Part shown: one piece after another, positions 7,956 through 11,176 of the stretch | Position numbering within the stretch: position 1 is the first letter of the stretch | How the letters are laid out: each line of letters opens with the position of its first letter | Virus record (IMG/VR): IMGVR_UViG_2667527959_000006 | Span: 1 to 11,176 of that record | Source of the DNA: a virus | Lineage: Duplodnaviria > Heunggongvirae > Uroviricota > Caudoviricetes | Length of the DNA: 11,176 nt | Reading direction: 5' to 3' (one strand) | Notes under the pieces: generated by a model | What the model saw: the letters and a program-made list of their open reading frames with translations, nothing else | Told to the model about the DNA's origin: nothing | Databases searched by the model: none | Translations under genes and position numbers: made by a program

Positions 7956-8022
7956 AAGTTCCCTCCTACGTTGTCAGGAGGTAATGGTATGCAAAGTAAC
8001 TTCTCAACCGGTCATTTGTTGC
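7956..8022 (-). promoter_or_regulatory. lydC-lydA intergenic region: candidate phage late promoter and an RBS-occluding hairpin
   Basis: Minus strand reads ...GAGAAGTTACTTTGCATACCATTACCTCCTGACAACGTAGGAGGGAACTTGTG. AAGTTACTT is a 9-bp inverted repeat (4-bp arms) centred about 11-12 bp upstream of a TANNNT-type hexamer TACCAT. CCUCCU can pair with the lydA Shine-Dalgarno AGGAGG (6-bp stem, 8-nt loop). Confidence 0.3.
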
Positions 8023-8304
8023 TTAAGAGGCATTTCTATTGAGGTACGAATCGATAATCCTTTGTAACTTTTCAAGAATGAGCCTGTTATTGATGCTGCA
8101 AATAATAGTCACGCAATTCTGAAGACTTTCATCCATACCCTTATATTCCGCGAAATACATGCCTATAAAGCCTGCAAGTACGGCAGCAATACACTCGGCC
8201 ATCAATTGCCTGCATGACGCTTCGTAACGTTTTTCACGAACCCCATTCAGAAACGAATGCACCCCGCCAAGGATGGAGAGGAGCATTATTGTGAAATCAA
8301 ACAT
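8023..8304 (-). CDS. lydC: Holin-like small membrane protein (93 aa), paralog of LydA
   Basis: ATG preceded by GAGGAA 6 nt upstream. Aligns with LydA over the hydrophobic core: LSILGGVHSFLNGVRE...AAVLAGFIG...VTIICS versus LSVIGGIGTFLMDVRD...VAVTAGAVA...VTIASN. The name is from the P1 map as I recall it. Confidence 0.65.
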   Translation of the reverse strand: MFDFTIMLLSILGGVHSFLNGVREKRYEASCRQLMAECIAAVLAGFIGMYFAEYKGMDESLQNCVTIICSINNRLILEKLQRIIDSYLNRNAS

Positions 8305-8431
8305 AACTATTTCCTCAATAGTGAATTAAATCTCATTGGGAAACGGTATGTACTTTGTGATTTCCACACATACTGGTTTTTGTTAATTAAAATCAGCAGC
8401 TTGCTATAAATAACGATAGTGAGCAGAAAAT
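8305..8431. promoter_or_regulatory. Divergent intergenic region between lydC (minus) and cin (plus); probable promoters for both
   Basis: 127-bp AT-rich spacer between divergent start codons. Contains TATAAA (8405-8410) with a weak -35-like TTAATT about 16 bp upstream as a cin promoter candidate, and a GGTATG...CATAC inverted repeat (8345-8372). No element is confidently assigned. Confidence 0.35.
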
Positions 8432-8992
8432 ATGCTAATAGGCTATGTACGCGTATCAACAAATGAACAAAACACTGCTTTACAACGAAATGCCCTTGAA
8501 AGCGCAGGATGTGAGCTAATTTTTGAGGACAAGGCGAGCGGCAAAAAGGCTGAACGCCCTGGGTTAAAAAAGGTTCTTCGTATGCTTTCCAGAGGTGACA
8601 CCCTGGTCGTATGGAAGTTAGATCGTCTTGGGCGCAGCATGCGTCACTTAGTTGTGCTGGTGGAAGAGCTGCGTGACAGAGGCATTAACTTCCGGAGTCT
8701 CACTGACTCCATCGACACCAGTACACCAATGGGGCGCTTTTTCTTTCACGTAATGGGGGCGCTGGCAGAAATGGAACGTGAACTTATTGTTGAACGTACA
8801 CGCGCTGGACTTGATGCAGCTCGCGCAGAAGGTCGAATAGGTGGGCGTCGGCCTAAATACCAGAAAGAAACATGGCAGCAAATGCGGCGATTGCTGGAGA
8901 AGGGCATCCCCCGTAAGCAGGTTGCAATCATCTATGATGTGGCTGTTTCCACTCTTTATAAGAAGTTTCCGGCGTCATCATTTCAATCCTAA
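8432..8992 (+). CDS. cin: Cin site-specific DNA invertase (Hin/Gin/Cin serine recombinase), 186 aa
   Basis: MLIGYVRVSTNEQNTALQRNAL... carries the catalytic Ser of the resolvase/invertase family near the N-terminus; the C-terminal GIPRKQVAIIYDVAVSTLYKK is a helix-turn-helix. Very close to Gin/Hin/Cin as I recall them, and located next to an invertible tail-fibre segment. Confidence 0.95.
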   Translation: MLIGYVRVSTNEQNTALQRNALESAGCELIFEDKASGKKAERPGLKKVLRMLSRGDTLVVWKLDRLGRSMRHLVVLVEELRDRGINFRSLTDSIDTSTPMGRFFFHVMGALAEMERELIVERTRAGLDAARAEGRIGGRRPKYQKETWQQMRRLLEKGIPRKQVAIIYDVAVSTLYKKFPASSFQS

Positions 8993-9009
8993 ACCTTGGT
9001 TTAAGAGAA
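8984..9009. other. cix-type 26-bp crossover site (imperfect dyad around a central TT dinucleotide) at the boundary of the invertible C segment
   Basis: CAATCCTAAACC-TT-GGTTTAAGAGAA; reverse complement TTCTCTTAAACCAAGGTTTAGGATTG resembles the hix/gix/cix consensus (..AAACC-NN-GGTTT..). It overlaps the cin stop codon (8990-8992). Confidence 0.7.
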
Positions 9010-9039
9010 CTCGGTACCAGCGGTGAAAAGATCCCCCTG

Positions 9040-10554
9040 TTGAGCACGGCTAACACATGGAGTGCACGCCAGACTTTCAACGGCGGGATCACCGGGGCGC
9101 TGACAGGGAACGCCGATACCGCAACGAAATTGAAAACAGCCAGAAACATTAATGGCGTCAGGTTCGATGGTTCTGGTGACATTAATATCAATACTCTGGT
9201 ATCGCGCGGTCGCGTAACGGCCCTGGAGGCGAATGCACAGGGAACATCCGGGATTCAGCTGTATGAGGCATACAACAATGGCTACCCTTCCCCCTATGGC
9301 AATGTGCTTCACCTTAAAGGTGCCACCGCTGCTGGCGAAGGTGAGTTATTCATTGGCTGGAGTGGCACGAGCGGTGCCCATGCGCCCGTACATATCCGTT
9401 CGCGGCGGGATACTGATTCTGCCAACTGGTCTGAATGGGCGCAGGTCTATACGTCAAAAGATTCAATTCCCGGCGTCAATGCCAAAGGGGATCAGGATAC
9501 CTCTGGTAATGCGGCTACAGCGACCAAGTTGCAGACAGCATGTACTATCAACGGTGTCTCGTTTGATGGTTCTAAAAATATTGAGCTAACGGCTGAAAAT
9601 TTAAATCTTGAGCGAACAGTAGAATTAGCCGCTGGGTCATTGCAGAAAAATCAGAACGGCGCGGATATTCCTGGAAAAGATACCTTCACTAAAAATATTG
9701 GTGCATGTCGCGCTTTTCACAGTTCTATTAGTACAGGTGCAGGGAACTGGACAACGGCACAATTGATTGAATGGCTGGATTCTCAAGGGGCATTCAATCA
9801 CCCATACTGGATGTGCAAATGTTCATGGTCGTACGGCAATAATAAAATTATAACCGATACTGGCTGTGGAACTATTCATCTTGCAGGTTGCGTTATTGAG
9901 GTTATGGGTAATAAAGGTGCCATGACCATCCGTGTAACAACACCAAGCACTTCCAGCGGTGGCGGAATCACTAACGCTCAATTCACTTATATTAATCATG
10001 GTGATGCTTACGCTCCTGGCTGGCGACGAGACTACAACACGAAAAACCTGCAACCTGCATTTGCTTTAGGGCAGACAGGAAACAGGGTTGCAAATGATAA
10101 AGCTGTTGGCTGGAACTGGAATAGCGGTGTTTATGATGCAGACCTAAAAGGCGCATCAACATTAATTCTTCATTTCAATATGAACGCGGGTAGCTGCCCG
10201 GCTGTACAATTACGCGTGAATTATAAGAACGGCGGTATTTATTATCGTTCAGCGCGTGATGGTTATGGATTTGAGGCTGACTGGTCAGAGTTTTACACCA
10301 CAACCCGCAAACCCTCTGCGGGGGATGTTGGTGCATATACGCAGGCAGAATGTAACTCAAGGTTTATTACAGGTATTCGCCTGGGCGGTCTGTCATCTGT
10401 CCAGACATGGAATGGCCCCGGCTGGTCTGACAGGTCAGGTTATGTCGTTACGGGTTCAGTTAACGGGAACCGTGATGAATTAATTGATACAACACAGGCA
10501 AGGCCAATTCAGTATTGCATTAATGGGACGTGGTATAACGCGGGGAGTATTTAA
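9040..10554 (+). CDS. Tail-fibre variable cassette (Sv'-type), 5'-incomplete and silent in this orientation
   Basis: The frame is open from 8962, through the cix site, to the stop at 10552-10554; 9040 is only the first TTG and has no convincing RBS. The protein has two phage tail-fibre repeats (GNADTATKLKTARNINGVRFDGSGDININT; GNAATATKLQTACTINGVSFDGSKNIELT) and a Gly/Asn/Trp-rich C-terminal region typical of receptor-binding fibre tips. Confidence 0.75.
   Translation: MSTANTWSARQTFNGGITGALTGNADTATKLKTARNINGVRFDGSGDININTLVSRGRVTALEANAQGTSGIQLYEAYNNGYPSPYGNVLHLKGATAAGEGELFIGWSGTSGAHAPVHIRSRRDTDSANWSEWAQVYTSKDSIPGVNAKGDQDTSGNAATATKLQTACTINGVSFDGSKNIELTAENLNLERTVELAAGSLQKNQNGADIPGKDTFTKNIGACRAFHSSISTGAGNWTTAQLIEWLDSQGAFNHPYWMCKCSWSYGNNKIITDTGCGTIHLAGCVIEVMGNKGAMTIRVTTPSTSSGGGITNAQFTYINHGDAYAPGWRRDYNTKNLQPAFALGQTGNRVANDKAVGWNWNSGVYDADLKGASTLILHFNMNAGSCPAVQLRVNYKNGGIYYRSARDGYGFEADWSEFYTTTRKPSAGDVGAYTQAECNSRFITGIRLGGLSSVQTWNGPGWSDRSGYVVTGSVNGNRDELIDTTQARPIQYCINGTWYNAGSI
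9106..9195 (+). repeat. Tail-fibre repeat unit, copy 1 (protein-level repeat within the fibre gene)
   Basis: Residues 23-52, GNADTATKLKTARNINGVRFDGSGDININT; second copy at 9505-9591 (residues 156-184). The two copies are diverged at the nucleotide level. Confidence 0.6.
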
Positions 10555-10556
10555 TT

Positions 10557-11090
10557 ATGATGCACTTAAGAAATATTACAGCTGGCAACCCTAAAACAAA
10601 AGAGCAATACCAGCTAACGAAACAATTTAACATCAAATGGCTTTATACAGAGGATGGAAAAAACTGGTATGAGGAACAAAAGAATTTCCAGTATGATACG
10701 TTGAAAATGGCCTATGACCACAACGGCGTTATTATTTGTATTGAAAAGGATGTTTCAGCAATTAATCCAGAAGGCGCAAGCGTCGTTGAATTACCTGATA
10801 TTACAGCAAATCGCCGGGCTGATATTTCGGGTAAATGGATGTTCAAAGATGGCGTAGTGGTAAAGCGAACTTATACCGAGGAAGAGCAGAGGCAACAAGC
10901 GGAAAATGAAAAGCAAAGTCTGCTACAGCTCGTCAGGGATAAAACCCAGCTATGGGACTCACAGCTACGGCTGGGTATCATTTCCGCCGAGAATAAGCAG
11001 AAATTAACCGAGTGGATGCTCTTTGCGCAGAAAGTCGAATCCACAGACACCTCCAGCCTACCAGTAACATTTCCCGAACAACCTGAATGA
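10557..11090 (+). CDS. Tail-fibre assembly chaperone (U'-type), 177 aa
   Basis: ATG 2 nt after the fibre-gene stop; size and position are typical of Tfa/U-family fibre assembly proteins encoded directly downstream of the variable fibre segment in Mu/P1-type invertible cassettes. Confidence 0.75.
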   Translation: MMHLRNITAGNPKTKEQYQLTKQFNIKWLYTEDGKNWYEEQKNFQYDTLKMAYDHNGVIICIEKDVSAINPEGASVVELPDITANRRADISGKWMFKDGVVVKRTYTEEEQRQQAENEKQSLLQLVRDKTQLWDSQLRLGIISAENKQKLTEWMLFAQKVESTDTSSLPVTFPEQPE

Positions 11091-11093
11091 GAC

Positions 11094-11119
11094 AAGGCCC
11101 GATAGCGGGCCTTAATTTT
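11094..11119 (+). terminator. Rho-independent terminator hairpin after the U'-type gene, probably shared with a convergent gene
   Basis: AAGGCCCG (11094-11101) pairs with CGGGCCTT (11106-11113) around a 4-nt loop ATAG, followed by AATTTTG. It starts 4 nt after the stop codon. Confidence 0.55.
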
Positions 11120-11176
11120 GGCACTGTTGCAAATAGTCGGTGGTGATAAACTTATCATCCCCTTTTGCTGATGGAG

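Noticed and set aside
8342-8376. GGTATGTAC...CACATACTGG inverted repeat and shared CATACC(A/G)TT motif upstream of lydC, considered as a second late-promoter box
   Set aside because: Spacing to the nearest -10-like hexamer does not match the arrangement seen upstream of lydA, and the arms are short (6-7 bp). Kept only as part of the generic regulatory-region feature.
8400-8416. Possible P1 C1-repressor operator (CTTGCTATAAATAACGA versus the remembered consensus ATTGCTCTAATAAATTT)
   Set aside because: Only about 10 of 17 positions match my recollection of the consensus, in an AT-rich promoter region where such matches arise by chance. Not called.
8443-8931. Minus-strand ORFs of 61-77 aa inside cin
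   Set aside because: Antisense to cin, whose identity as a serine invertase is unambiguous.
8928-9312. Minus-strand ORFs of 87 and 103 aa spanning the cix site and fibre 5' region
   Set aside because: Overlap the cin 3' end and the fibre frame on the opposite strand; Cys/Pro-rich antisense-like translations without an RBS.
10871-11158. 95-aa minus-strand ORF overlapping the 3' end of the U'-type gene and the terminator
   Set aside because: Runs antisense through the assembly gene and across the terminator hairpin with a Cys/Ser-rich low-complexity translation. Probably not a real gene, although a convergent gene may end near 11112-11157 in a different frame.
1-11176. Search for CRISPR arrays, tRNA/rRNA genes and obvious toxin-antitoxin pairs
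   Set aside because: No regularly spaced direct repeats, no cloverleaf-like conserved tRNA motifs, and no small adjacent toxin/antitoxin-sized gene pair outside the operon context described.

Overview
This window reads as a segment of a bacteriophage P1-like genome (P1-type plasmid prophage of Enterobacteriaceae). All gene names below come from my memory of the P1 map and from motif-level reading of the translations; no database search was run. Left to right: (i) the terminal 57 bp of a canonical IS1 whose body lies beyond the window start; (ii) about 100 bp of AT-rich spacer; (iii) a degenerate IS1-family relic (about 158-915) with insA-like and insB-like frames, both apparently inactive; (iv) a long minus-strand gene array matching the P1 lysis/antirestriction region in order and size: lydC-like, lydA-like holin, lydB-like, hdf, darA, ddrA, ddrB and a terminal small acidic ORF; (v) the cin DNA invertase on the plus strand; (vi) a cix crossover site overlapping the cin stop codon, followed by the start of the invertible C segment carrying a silent tail-fibre variable cassette (Sv'-type) and its tail-fibre assembly gene (U'-type), ending in a terminator hairpin. 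I see no CRISPR array, tRNA or rRNA. Most of this is known P1 biology rather than an undescribed system. The parts I consider most open are an HExxH zincin-like motif in DdrB, the extremely acidic terminal ORF of the dar operon, a ribosome-binding-site-occluding hairpin before lydA, and the nested IS1 arrangement.
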